From the NCBI GenBank assembly GCA_036652795.1, contig JAVVVD010000001.1, positions 159,363 through 223,362 on the forward strand: a stretch of DNA of 64,000 nucleotides, in the 5' to 3' direction. The number at the start of each line of letters is the position of its first letter. The stretch's first letter is position 1. Below the pieces are notes generated by a model. That model did not search any database and was not told where the DNA came from. It saw nothing but the letters and a program-made list of their open reading frames with translations. The stretch is from Clostridia bacterium. Its GTDB lineage: Bacteria; Bacillota; Clostridia; Christensenellales; CAG-138. The translations under genes were made by a program, and so were the position numbers. Positions 44,514 through 53,121 of this stretch are shown one piece after another.

Positions 44514-45101
44514 TTGAACAGGAAAAAAGAAAATACATCGGAACTTACAGCGGAGCAGGAGCTTCAGAGGCAGACTGGATGTGACGCAGACAAAACTGCT
44601 GATGCACCATCAGAAGAACTGCCTGAAAACGTAACCCTATCGCGTCAGGAATTTACTGAGGTCAAGGAGCATATAGAAAAGCTCCAGAAGGAAAAAGATG
44701 ATACAGTGATACTGGCACAGCGACTGCAAGCAGACTTTGATAACTTTCGCAAGCGCAATGCGTCCGTGCATATTGATAGCATGGATGAGGGGATGCGAAG
44801 CCTGATAAAAGATATGCTGCCAGCGCTTGACAATTTTGATCGCGCAATGGACAATTGCCCCGCTGATGCCGCCTGGACTGAAGGGATTAAATTGGTTCAA
44901 CGGCAGCTAATGGATGTGCTGATAAAGAATGGACTTGAAGAAATACCGTCTGACGGTATGTTTGATCCCACGCTGCATGATGCAGTTATGCAGGAGGAAG
45001 TGGATGGACTTGAATGTGGCATGGTAGCCGAGGTGTTACAAAAGGGCTATAGGGTAAATGATCGCATAATTCGCCATAGCATGGTGAAGGTTGCGAAATA
45101 A
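44514..45101 (+). CDS. grpE: nucleotide exchange factor GrpE
   Basis: RLQADFDNFRKR and DPTLHDAVMQEE motifs. The start is uncertain (TTG 44514 with a GAGGAG RBS, or TTG 44493). Confidence 0.88.
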   Translation: MNRKKENTSELTAEQELQRQTGCDADKTADAPSEELPENVTLSRQEFTEVKEHIEKLQKEKDDTVILAQRLQADFDNFRKRNASVHIDSMDEGMRSLIKDMLPALDNFDRAMDNCPADAAWTEGIKLVQRQLMDVLIKNGLEEIPSDGMFDPTLHDAVMQEEVDGLECGMVAEVLQKGYRVNDRIIRHSMVKVAK

Positions 45102-45132
45102 TAAATAAAACAAAACTGGAGGAAATATAGTT

Positions 45133-46974
45133 ATGGCAAAGATAATCGGCATCGATCTTGGCACTACCAATTCATGCGTAGCGGTGCTTGAAGGCGGTGA
45201 GCCAGTAGTTATACCCAACGCGGAGGGCGCACGTACAACTCCGTCCGTAGTGGCATTTAAAGATACGGAGCGTATGGTGGGTGAAGTAGCCAAACGTCAG
45301 GCAATAACCAACCCTGATAGAACAATTGCTTCGATTAAGCGCGAGATGGGCTCAGCGTATAAGAAGAACATAGACGGTAAGGATTATACCCCACAGGAAA
45401 TTTCAGCGATGATACTCCAAAAACTGAAAAAAGATGCAGAAGGCTATCTGGGTGAAAAGGTAAGCCAGGCGGTTATAACTGTGCCGGCATATTTCAGCGA
45501 TAGCCAGCGTCAGGCGACAAAGGATGCTGGACGCATCGCTGGGCTTGAGGTTCTTCGCATAATCAACGAGCCTACAGCTGCGGCCCTGGCGTATGGCATG
45601 GATAAAGAAAAAAATCAAAAAATACTGGTGTTTGACCTTGGCGGCGGCACGTTTGACGTATCAATATTGGAGATAGGCGACGGCGTGTTTGAGGTGCTTG
45701 CGACAAACGGCAATAACCGTCTTGGCGGCGATGATTTTGACCAACGCATAATGGATCATATAGTAAGCCAGTTTAAGAAGGAAATGGGCATAGATCTTTC
45801 GGCTGACCGTATGGCGCTTCAGCGGCTGAAGGAGGCTTCTGAAAAGGCAAAGATAGAGCTTTCGAGCATGGTGCAAACCAATGTTAATCTGCCATTCATT
45901 ACGGCGGACAATGCTGGCCCCAAACATCTTGACATGACGATAACCCGTGCAAAGTTCGATGAGCTTACAGCGGATTTAGTAGGAAAGACTAAGGAATCCA
46001 TGCATATTGCCATGAAGGATGCAGGCCTTTCCAGCTCACAGATAGACAAAGTGATACTTGTTGGCGGTTCCACACGTATTCCTGCGGTGCAGGAGCTTGT
46101 CAAAAATATGACAGGCAAGGAACCATTCAAAGGAATCAATCCCGACGAGTGCGTGGCCGTTGGCGCAGCCATACAGGCTGGTGTGCTTGGCGGAGAGGTG
46201 AAAGATATATTGCTGCTGGATGTTACGCCGCTTTCGCTTGGCATAGAGACGGTTGGTGGTGTATTTACACGCCTTATTGACCGCAATACAACCATTCCAA
46301 GCAAAAAGAGTCAGATATTCTCTACAGCTGCCGATGGGCAAACAAGCGTTGAAGTACATGTGCTTCAGGGCGAGCGTGAATTTGCGCAATATAATAAAAC
46401 GCTTGGCAGATTCCAGCTTGCTGGTATCGCTCCATCACCGCGTGGCGTACCGCAAATTGAGGTTACGTTTGATATAGATGCTAATGGTATAGTACATGTT
46501 TCTGCAAAGGATCTTGGCACTGGCAATGAGCAGAAGGTGACTATCACCGCTTCCACCAACCTCAATGAGGACGAAATAAAGAAAGCAGTGCACGAAGCAG
46601 AGCAGTTTGCCAACGAGGATAAGCAGCGCAAGGAAGATGTAGAGCTGCGCAATCATGCCGATGGGCTTGTATATTCGACCGAAAAAACCCTTAAGGAACT
46701 TGACGCAAAGCTGCCTGCGGACGATAAGTCCCGCATAGAGACTGAGGTGGCGGAGGTTCGCAAAGCGCTTGAGGGAACTGATAGCGCAACTATAAAAGCT
46801 GCTACAGATAAGCTGACAGAGGTATCGTATGAAGTGTTCGGCAAAATCTATCAGCAGACAACGCAGCAGGAGCCAGGTGCAGGCCCAGAGCAGCAGCATG
46901 GTGGCAGTCAACCAAATGATGATAACGTAGTAGACGCGGAATATGAGGTTGTGGACGATAATAAAAATAAATAA
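45133..46974 (+). CDS. dnaK: molecular chaperone DnaK
   Basis: [28 protein letters not shown] and a C-terminal lid. Confidence 0.97.
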   Translation: MAKIIGIDLGTTNSCVAVLEGGEPVVIPNAEGARTTPSVVAFKDTERMVGEVAKRQAITNPDRTIASIKREMGSAYKKNIDGKDYTPQEISAMILQKLKKDAEGYLGEKVSQAVITVPAYFSDSQRQATKDAGRIAGLEVLRIINEPTAAALAYGMDKEKNQKILVFDLGGGTFDVSILEIGDGVFEVLATNGNNRLGGDDFDQRIMDHIVSQFKKEMGIDLSADRMALQRLKEASEKAKIELSSMVQTNVNLPFITADNAGPKHLDMTITRAKFDELTADLVGKTKESMHIAMKDAGLSSSQIDKVILVGGSTRIPAVQELVKNMTGKEPFKGINPDECVAVGAAIQAGVLGGEVKDILLLDVTPLSLGIETVGGVFTRLIDRNTTIPSKKSQIFSTAADGQTSVEVHVLQGEREFAQYNKTLGRFQLAGIAPSPRGVPQIEVTFDIDANGIVHVSAKDLGTGNEQKVTITASTNLNEDEIKKAVHEAEQFANEDKQRKEDVELRNHADGLVYSTEKTLKELDAKLPADDKSRIETEVAEVRKALEGTDSATIKAATDKLTEVSYEVFGKIYQQTTQQEPGAGPEQQHGGSQPNDDNVVDAEYEVVDDNKNK

Positions 46975-47065
46975 AAATGCGGTAACGCTAAAGATTTAAT
47001 CACCTCCAGAGCCAGAGCAAATAATGCTTTGGCTCTTGGGGAGTTTGAAAAGGAGCTTTGGGGAA

Positions 47066-48205
47066 TTGGCAAAGACGGATTACTATGAGTTGCTTGGTGT
47101 AAATAAAAATGCCGGCGACGATGAAATAAAGAATGCATTTCGCAAGATTGCCAAGCAATGTCACCCAGATTTACATCCGGGGGATAAGGCTGCTGAAGCC
47201 AAATTCAAGGAAATAAACGAGGCTTATGAGGTGCTTTCAGATTCTCAGAAGCGCGCCAAATACGATCAATTTGGCCATGCGGCCTTTGATCCAAATGCAG
47301 GAGGCGGAAGCTACGGAGCGGGATTTGAGGGCTTTGGAGATATATTCAGCACAGTGTTTGGCGGCGGCTTTGGTGGCTTTAACACAGGTGCGCAGCAGCG
47401 CAACGGCCCTGTAGGCGGAAATGACTTACGCTATAACCTGACGATTACCTTTGAAGAGGCGGCGTTTGGTGTGCGCAAGGAAATACTCGTGCCTCGCGAA
47501 GAAAACTGCACCACATGCGGAGGCAGCGGGGCAAAGACTGGCACGCAGCCCGTACGTTGTTCTGCATGCGGTGGTAGCGGTCAGGTTCGCGTACAGCAGA
47601 ATACAATGTTTGGATCGTTTGCAACGGTACGTACATGCGATGCATGCAATGGCTCGGGTAAGATAATCAAGGAGCCATGTCAGGAATGCCGTGGCAGAGG
47701 GCGTGTGAACAAATCAAACAGGATTGTGGTAAATATCCCTGCCGGAATTGATGATGGTCAATCGCTGAATATGCGCGGTGAGGGTGAAGCTGGTTTGCGC
47801 GGTGGGCCTAACGGAGATCTGTATATCTCAATACGTGTGAAGCCACACAAACTGTTTACACGCAAGGGATTTGATCTGCACATTGAGATGGATATACCTG
47901 TAAGCACAGCTGCGCTTGGCGGCGAAATACAGATTCCTACACTCAATGGCAACGTTAAATATGTTGTGCCAGAAGGCACACAGCCTAATACGGTATTTAG
48001 GTTGCGTGAGCAGGGAGTACAACGGCTAAACTCTACGGCTAAGGGCGATCTGTTAATAAAGGTAAATATACAGATACCTAAAAAACTGACAGATGAGCAA
48101 AGAGAGCTTTTTACGAAGCTTGCGCTTTCACTGGGAGATAAGGTGTCAGAACCAAAACCAGGCAAAAAAGGCATATTCAACAAAGTTAAGGATGCATGGA
48201 GCTGA
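47066..48205 (+). CDS. dnaJ: molecular chaperone DnaJ
   Basis: (M)AKTDYYELLGV J-domain with HPD, a G/F region and four CxxCxGxG zinc motifs. TTG start at 47066 with an AGGAG RBS; the ORF track gives 47024. Confidence 0.94.
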   Translation: MAKTDYYELLGVNKNAGDDEIKNAFRKIAKQCHPDLHPGDKAAEAKFKEINEAYEVLSDSQKRAKYDQFGHAAFDPNAGGGSYGAGFEGFGDIFSTVFGGGFGGFNTGAQQRNGPVGGNDLRYNLTITFEEAAFGVRKEILVPREENCTTCGGSGAKTGTQPVRCSACGGSGQVRVQQNTMFGSFATVRTCDACNGSGKIIKEPCQECRGRGRVNKSNRIVVNIPAGIDDGQSLNMRGEGEAGLRGGPNGDLYISIRVKPHKLFTRKGFDLHIEMDIPVSTAALGGEIQIPTLNGNVKYVVPEGTQPNTVFRLREQGVQRLNSTAKGDLLIKVNIQIPKKLTDEQRELFTKLALSLGDKVSEPKPGKKGIFNKVKDAWS

Positions 48206-48256
48206 TACCTATCGCTTGTTGGATTTCCGCCTGAAATTCAATATATAACAATAATA

Positions 48257-48300
48257 AAAGTCTGATAGCGTTTTATTGATAAATGCCATCAGACTTTTTG
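48257..48300 (+). terminator. rho-independent terminator of the dnaK operon
   Basis: AAAGTCTGATAGC ... GCCATCAGACTTT stem followed by TTTG. Confidence 0.75.
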
Positions 48301-48803
48301 TATGCATATTATGCTATCCCTTTACAACAGCTCTCGCAGCCATTCGAAAGGGTAGAGCAAGTTACAGACAATTCAGTCAACAGCACACCGAAGAAAATCA
48401 AAATATCTACGATACAATTGCCAAACTGAAACTTCGATGAGTACAGTACCGCTTGCAAACTGCCGATGTGCAGGGGGCAACCGCGCCGGGGCGGGAGTAG
48501 CAGTTCAATACAGACACGCAGATACCATCGAGATTGCCATTGAGAATTTTTCCAGTAAAAAGTCTATTAAGTGGAGATTTTGTAGCAGCGTGGCGATGGC
48601 CTGCCGCCGCAACCAGTCAGGGAGAACAGAGAGAAAGAGTAACATTGATAGCCCTTATGTTTTCTTTTGATAAGTAAATGACAACAAGAATAGGTTTAAA
48701 TCCGCGTTAAGCAAAAGTTCATATTTTAGTTATAGACTTACTGGTCTGTTTATGCTAATATAAATAAATTAGACTAAGAAGTCTATTTTAATGGAGGCAT
48801 TCT

Positions 48804-49421
48804 ATGAAACGTGACGAAAAGAATTTAATCAGCAGACGAAAAATTTTAGACAGTGCTTTTGAGGAGTTCGGAACACAGGGCTATGGGCTGAGTTCTGTAA
48901 ACATGATTTGTACGACAGGAAATATTTCCAAAGGGATTCTATACCATTATTTCAAGGATAAAGATGAGTTGTATCTTGTCTGTGTGAAGGAGCTTTTTGA
49001 CAATCTGGCTGAGCATCTGGCGCAGGCACTCGCTGATATGAGCGGCACAAAAACGGCACGGTTGAAACGGTATTTTGATGCAAGGTTTGAATTTTTTCAT
49101 AAGAATCCATTGTATCATAAGCTGTTCTGCGATGTGGTTATTGCTCCTCCTCAGCACTTGGCGGTAAGAATTTTAGAACTGCGGGCGGTATTTGATGGTG
49201 TGAATATTTCGGCACTAACAGAATTGCTGCAAGAAGAAAAACTCCGTCCTGATGTGACTATTGAATCTGCCGTGGAGACTTTTAGACTGTATCAAGATTT
49301 TGTCAACGCTAGGTATCAGATGGAATCCAGCGAAAAAGTAGATTTGGAACAGCATGAGGAAACCTGCAAGCGTTCTCTCGCAATTTTGCTGTATGGCGTT
49401 GTGAAAAGAGAGGTAGATTAG
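48804..49421 (+). CDS. TetR/AcrR family transcriptional regulator
   Basis: N-terminal HTH (RRKILDSAFEEFGTQGYGLSSVNMICTTGNISKGILYHYFKDKDELY). Confidence 0.85.
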   Translation: MKRDEKNLISRRKILDSAFEEFGTQGYGLSSVNMICTTGNISKGILYHYFKDKDELYLVCVKELFDNLAEHLAQALADMSGTKTARLKRYFDARFEFFHKNPLYHKLFCDVVIAPPQHLAVRILELRAVFDGVNISALTELLQEEKLRPDVTIESAVETFRLYQDFVNARYQMESSEKVDLEQHEETCKRSLAILLYGVVKREVD

Positions 49422-49424
49422 AAA

Positions 49425-50801
49425 ATGGGTAAGAAAAAAATAATTGCGCAGCAGTCCCTCCTCTCTGAAGTGAAGCCCGCAAAGGCAATTGTGAATCTGG
49501 CGATACCGGCAACCATCGCCTTGTTGGCAAAAGCTGTTTATAACATTGTTGATACCGCTTACATCGGCCTTTTGGACAGCGAAATAGCGCTGGCATCTGT
49601 TGGCGTGACACTACCGCTGCTGCTGATTTTCGTGTCTATCGAAAATATTTTTGCCGCCGGTGCGGCGGTGCTTGCCGGGCGACAACTGGGCGCGAATAAT
49701 AAAAATGGAGCGAACACCACCATATCCACCATTGTAGCAGCATCTACGCTGATTGGTGGGCTATTATGTGTCGTAGGCATTATATTTATGGAACCGTTAC
49801 TCCGCGCCTTTGGCGCATCAGAAGCCGTAATGCCTATGGCCAAAGATTACGCATTCTGGATGTTCATTGCCGCTATATTTAACCTTCCGGCGCAAAGCAT
49901 GAACTGTGCCGCACGGGCAGAATCCTCGGTGAAAATTTCCTCTATTGCGGTGATCACGGGTGCAGTCCTCAATGTGGTTCTAGATCCGATTTTTATGTTC
50001 GACTGGGGCTTCAATATGGGCGTTGGCGGAGCGTCTCTTGCCACAACCGTGTCGCAGATTGTTACTTTTGCTATCCTCGGTTGGTTCTATTTGAGCGGCA
50101 AGTCCATCATTAAGGTGAGCCTCAAATACATAAAGCCTACACTCAAACTTTTTAAAGATGTTATTATAATCGGCATACCAACCGCCGTAATTCAAATTTG
50201 TCTGGCAGTAGCCACATCACTGACAAATGTCGCCGCCGCGGCACTGACAGACAGCGACCTGATCATTGCTGCCTATGGCGTGGTACAACGATTGGTACTG
50301 GTGGGTTGTTATGTGATTATGGGTTTTATGCAGGGCTATCAGCCGATTGCCTCCTATGCGTTCGGCGCAAAGAACGAGGAGCGGTTCCACGATTCGGCAC
50401 GGTTTTCGTTGAAAGCCGTTTTGCTTCTGTCACTGGCAATAGCCGGGATTTATATTCTGTTCTCACAGCCTCTCATCATGCTTTTTAACCGCAATCCAGC
50501 CATTGTGGAATACGGCTCCAGACTACTGATTTCACAAGTGGCACTATACCCCGCATTTGGGTTGTGCTACATGATGACAATTACTTTTCAGACAATTGGC
50601 GCGTCCAAATATGGGCTGTTTCTCTCAACCATTCGACAGGGACTTTTTTACGTACCCTGTATTCTACTATTGCCCAGCCTTTTAGGCGTTAACGGCATCT
50701 ATTTCGCACAGCCTATTGCGGATGTGATGACAATTATAGTCTGCCTTTGCTCCTACAAGGCGATGAAACGCATTTCAAGTGAAAATATGATGAGAGTGTA
50801 A
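49425..50801 (+). CDS. MATE family efflux transporter
   Basis: 458 aa with about 12 TM helices. The N-terminal segment PATIALLAKAVYNIVDTAYIG is typical of MATE/NorM-like proteins. Adjacent to TetR. Confidence 0.85.
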   Translation: MGKKKIIAQQSLLSEVKPAKAIVNLAIPATIALLAKAVYNIVDTAYIGLLDSEIALASVGVTLPLLLIFVSIENIFAAGAAVLAGRQLGANNKNGANTTISTIVAASTLIGGLLCVVGIIFMEPLLRAFGASEAVMPMAKDYAFWMFIAAIFNLPAQSMNCAARAESSVKISSIAVITGAVLNVVLDPIFMFDWGFNMGVGGASLATTVSQIVTFAILGWFYLSGKSIIKVSLKYIKPTLKLFKDVIIIGIPTAVIQICLAVATSLTNVAAAALTDSDLIIAAYGVVQRLVLVGCYVIMGFMQGYQPIASYAFGAKNEERFHDSARFSLKAVLLLSLAIAGIYILFSQPLIMLFNRNPAIVEYGSRLLISQVALYPAFGLCYMMTITFQTIGASKYGLFLSTIRQGLFYVPCILLLPSLLGVNGIYFAQPIADVMTIIVCLCSYKAMKRISSENMMRV

Positions 50802-50813
50802 GGAGAAATTATC

Positions 50814-51413
50814 GTGGAACATCGCATCATCACCATCAGCCGCCAATACGGTAGCGGTGCCAGACTCATTGGCGCGAGGCTTGCCGAAAAACTAGAAATT
50901 CCCTTTTACGATAAAGAAATTATCGCCTATGCCGCAAAAGAGAGTGATGTTTCCAGTGATTTTTTGGTTCAGGCGGAGCGAGGGGGAGGTAGCCTGTTTA
51001 GAGATTTTTTCATTGGAGCTTCCCCAGAGCTGACCATGGGCGACAAGGCGTATTTGGCACAATTTTCAGCCATCCGTATGCTTGCTGAAAAGGGCCCCTG
51101 CATCATGGTGGGCAGAGGTGCGGGGGCGGCACTGGACGGTATTGTGCCGCTGCTGAATGTATTTATCTACGCTGACCTGGAGCAGCGCAAGCGCCGCGCT
51201 GTGGAGGAATACGGCGACGCCCCAAGCAAAATTGAGTCCTGTATTGTTGCCATAGACAAAAAACGTGCATCTTATTTCAAATTTTATACCGGCCTGGATG
51301 GTAGAAAAATGACGAATTACAATATCTGTGTAGACAGCGGGTTCACCGGTATCGATGGCGCAGTGACGATGATTGAAACGGCATATTTATCGAAAAATTC
51401 CGAACCATCCTGA
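50814..51413 (+). CDS. cytidylate kinase-like family protein
   Basis: ITISRQYGSGARLIGARLAEKLEIPFYDKEII is characteristic of the AAA/cytidylate-kinase-like family. GTG start with an AAGGAG RBS. Confidence 0.7.
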   Translation: MEHRIITISRQYGSGARLIGARLAEKLEIPFYDKEIIAYAAKESDVSSDFLVQAERGGGSLFRDFFIGASPELTMGDKAYLAQFSAIRMLAEKGPCIMVGRGAGAALDGIVPLLNVFIYADLEQRKRRAVEEYGDAPSKIESCIVAIDKKRASYFKFYTGLDGRKMTNYNICVDSGFTGIDGAVTMIETAYLSKNSEPS

Positions 51414-51467
51414 GCCAGACTGTAAGAAAACGCCTGCCCTCCGGCAAGCGTTTTCACACAGTCTGGC
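51414..51467. terminator. long nested hairpin between convergent genes (possible terminator, no clear U-tract)
   Basis: GCCAGACTGT/ACAGTCTGGC outer stem and GAAAACGC/GCGTTTTC inner stem. Confidence 0.45.
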
Positions 51468-51479
51468 TAATAATAGGAA

Positions 51480-51983
51480 TTAACCTATTTCATCACCATT
51501 ACGATCAACAAATATATAACTTTTAGGAGTTAACGCAGTAGAACATACTATTGGCAATTGACCTGCAATTTCCAATTCTTCAACGCTACCATCTTCAAAG
51601 GTTAAAATAATCTTTGCGCATTTATCATTATTTATCACAAATGAATACCCATTCCACGGATATACCGCAATGTCTTGCTCACGCTCATATGCTTTATAGG
51701 TTTTTACAAATCTATATTTATCGCTATGTTCACCAATAATTCCAAATTCAATGGGAAAATAAGAATGCTTTTGATATTCGTTTCCTGTCACGAACCAAAT
51801 CAAACTGCTGCCGTCTACATCAGTAGTGCCAGCAATTTGTACATCCATATTCTCTATATCTGCAAGAGGTATCTCTTCTCTTGCTTTTTCAATCAAACCA
51901 TCGTAGTTGTCTATTGTACTACTGCATCCACTAAGAGCGAATAGTGATAAAACAACCATCATCATATAAATAAACTTTTTCAT
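51480..51983 (-). CDS. hypothetical lipoprotein
   Basis: MKKFIYMMMVVLSLFALSGC lipobox. No recognizable family. Confidence 0.6.
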   Translation of the reverse strand: MKKFIYMMMVVLSLFALSGCSSTIDNYDGLIEKAREEIPLADIENMDVQIAGTTDVDGSSLIWFVTGNEYQKHSYFPIEFGIIGEHSDKYRFVKTYKAYEREQDIAVYPWNGYSFVINNDKCAKIILTFEDGSVEELEIAGQLPIVCSTALTPKSYIFVDRNGDEIG

Positions 51984-51998
51984 ATTTCACCTCGTTTA

Positions 51999-52077
51999 AT
52001 ATAAACAATCTTTATCCGACTATAGCATATTTTCAAGCATAGAAAAAGACCTATCCACCTTGGCGGGAAATAGGTCT
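51999..52077. repeat. left copy of an inverted repeat pair (partner at 59341-59417)
   Basis: 58 nt are identical to the reverse complement of the partner (ATATAAACAATCTTTATCCGACTATAGCATATTTTCAAGCATAGAAAAAGACCTATCC). About 20 further nt match with two 1-nt indels. Weaker similarity continues into the first roughly 8 codons of the flanking genes. Confidence 0.9.
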
Positions 52078-52082
52078 TTTTT
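52044..52082 (-). terminator. hairpin terminator downstream of tRNA-Pro
   Basis: AGACCTAT ... ATAGGTCT stem flanked by A- and T-runs, so it could act in both directions. Confidence 0.7.
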
Positions 52083-52159
52083 TGGTCTGGGTGAGAAGAT
52101 TCGAACTTCCGGCCTCTTGAACCCCATTCAAGCACGCTACCAAACTGCGCCACACCCAG
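52083..52159 (-). tRNA. tRNA-Pro (anticodon GGG), CCA encoded
   Basis: A manual fold of the reverse complement gives a full 77-nt cloverleaf. Acceptor CTGGGTG/CACCCAG, D arm GCGC-AGTTTGGTA-GCGT, anticodon arm CTTGA-AT GGG GT-TCAAG, T arm GGAAG-TTCGAAT-CTTCT, discriminator A and CCA. Confidence 0.9.
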
Positions 52160-52177
52160 AGATCACGAACAGTATGT

Positions 52178-52206
52178 ATATTAACATTGTGAGCAAAATT
52201 TGTCAA
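52178..52206 (-). promoter_or_regulatory. sigma-A type promoter for tRNA-Pro
   Basis: On the minus strand: TTGACA (52206-52201), a 17-nt spacer, then TAATAT (52183-52178), about 18 nt upstream of the tRNA 5' end. Confidence 0.65.
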
Positions 52207-52710
52207 GACATTTTGCCGGCGGCTAAGCTAAAGAAGATTGTAATATATATTGCGAAGGGTGAAGGACGCTTTCTAAGGCTTACATGAACAACAAGGATGG
52301 GATCGCAGAGAGAATCCAGTGCGAGGTAAGCTTTAGTATTATCACTGAGACCGCCAAGCAAGCCGTCAGCAAGACGCAGTACATCGAGGAGATCGCCGAA
52401 TTGAATGGGTCGTGAGCGAGGAAGCCTGATCGCCATCACCCGCCCCGGAGGTTACGAGGGCAGAAAGGATAAGCCATGTTTAAGCCCATCAGATACTATC
52501 GCAACAACGGTACAATCCACATTGGCAGCCAAAATAACAAGCTCACAATCTTCATTCGAGAAAAATCCGCGCGACTCCATCTTGGCCGTAAAACATATCA
52601 TTTCGGCAGGTGGGACTAATCGCATAAGCATACCTTACGAAAGAACGCGAGCTAAGGTGTACTCTACTAGCAAATTGATCTAAAAATATTGAATTGAAAG
52701 GTGAAAAATA

Positions 52711-52923
52711 ATGTTTAAATTAGTCGTGTTATCTGTCAGAGAACAAGAGTATACTCGCAAAGATGGTGGGATAGTACATGGATACTCTGTTTATGTACAA
52801 CTCCAAAATGGTGATGTTGCAAAAGTTTGGTCTAAGAAAATGTACAAGCCAGGCGATAATATTACTTTTGATCTTGGGGTATCTAAGGATGGTACTCTGT
52901 ATGCTAGGCCGGTTGGTATTTAA
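52711..52923 (+). CDS. small beta-rich phage protein, possible ssDNA-binding (gene V-like) protein
   Basis: 70 aa in the first position of the AT-rich element. Size and composition are consistent with a small OB-fold protein. The function is inferred only from context. Confidence 0.4.
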   Translation: MFKLVVLSVREQEYTRKDGGIVHGYSVYVQLQNGDVAKVWSKKMYKPGDNITFDLGVSKDGTLYARPVGI

Positions 52924-52932
52924 TGTTTTATT

Positions 52933-52971
52933 GTGCGTGGGATGTTTTGTATACTACTGCATCCCATGCAC
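52933..52971 (+). promoter_or_regulatory. stem-loop 1 of the phage intergenic region
   Basis: 12-bp stem GTGCGTGGGATG / CATCCCATGCAC with one G-T wobble and a loop of about 15 nt. No U-tract follows. Confidence 0.5.
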
Positions 52972-52974
52972 ATT

Positions 52975-53001
52975 GCCTAAAGGCTAGTATTACCTTTAGG
53001 C
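52975..53001 (+). promoter_or_regulatory. candidate rolling-circle origin: stem-loop presenting the nonanucleotide TAGTATTAC
   Basis: Perfect 9-bp stem GCCTAAAGG / CCTTTAGGC with loop CTAGTATTA. TAGTATTAC occupies 52985-52993. It lies about 120 bp upstream of the Rep start codon. Confidence 0.7.
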
Positions 53002-53006
53002 TACTT

Positions 53007-53107
53007 ATGTGACATGTGACAATTTTTGATTATATCAGATATTACCTTATATTTATTATTGATAAATGATGTGACAAATGTTTTTTGTGATATATTTTGT
53101 GACAAAT
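53007..53107 (+). repeat. iteron-like TGTGAC(A) repeats between the origin hairpin and rep
   Basis: ATGTGAC occurs in tandem at 53007-53013 and 53014-53020. TGTGACAAAT occurs at 53070-53079 and 53098-53107. A degenerate TGTGATA lies at 53086-53092. Confidence 0.6.
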
Positions 53108-53121
53108 ATATGGGGGTCAAA

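Noticed and set aside
48437-48670. A 77-aa ORF in the gap after the dnaK operon.
   Set aside because: It has no RBS, an Arg/Cys/Ala-rich composition unlike its neighbours, and no recognisable motifs. It is treated as non-coding or a remnant.
52083-52159. Classical integration into the 3' end of the tRNA gene, with a duplicated tRNA 3' segment serving as att.
   Set aside because: The AT-rich element lies on the promoter (5') side of tRNA-Pro, about 500 bp away. No copy of the tRNA 3' end is found at the other boundary. The only flanking repeats are the inverted pair and a short direct 14-mer.
52060-52439. ORFs 52060-52287(+) and 52203-52439(-).
   Set aside because: The first runs through the tRNA-Pro gene and its terminator. 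The second runs into the tRNA promoter. Neither has an RBS or recognisable motifs.
53026-53121. The N-terminal extension of Rep given in the ORF track (start 53026).
   Set aside because: The extension is made up of the TGTGAC iterons and AT-rich promoter-like sequence, and translates to low-complexity text. ATG 53122 has a GGGGG RBS and begins just before Rep motif I.
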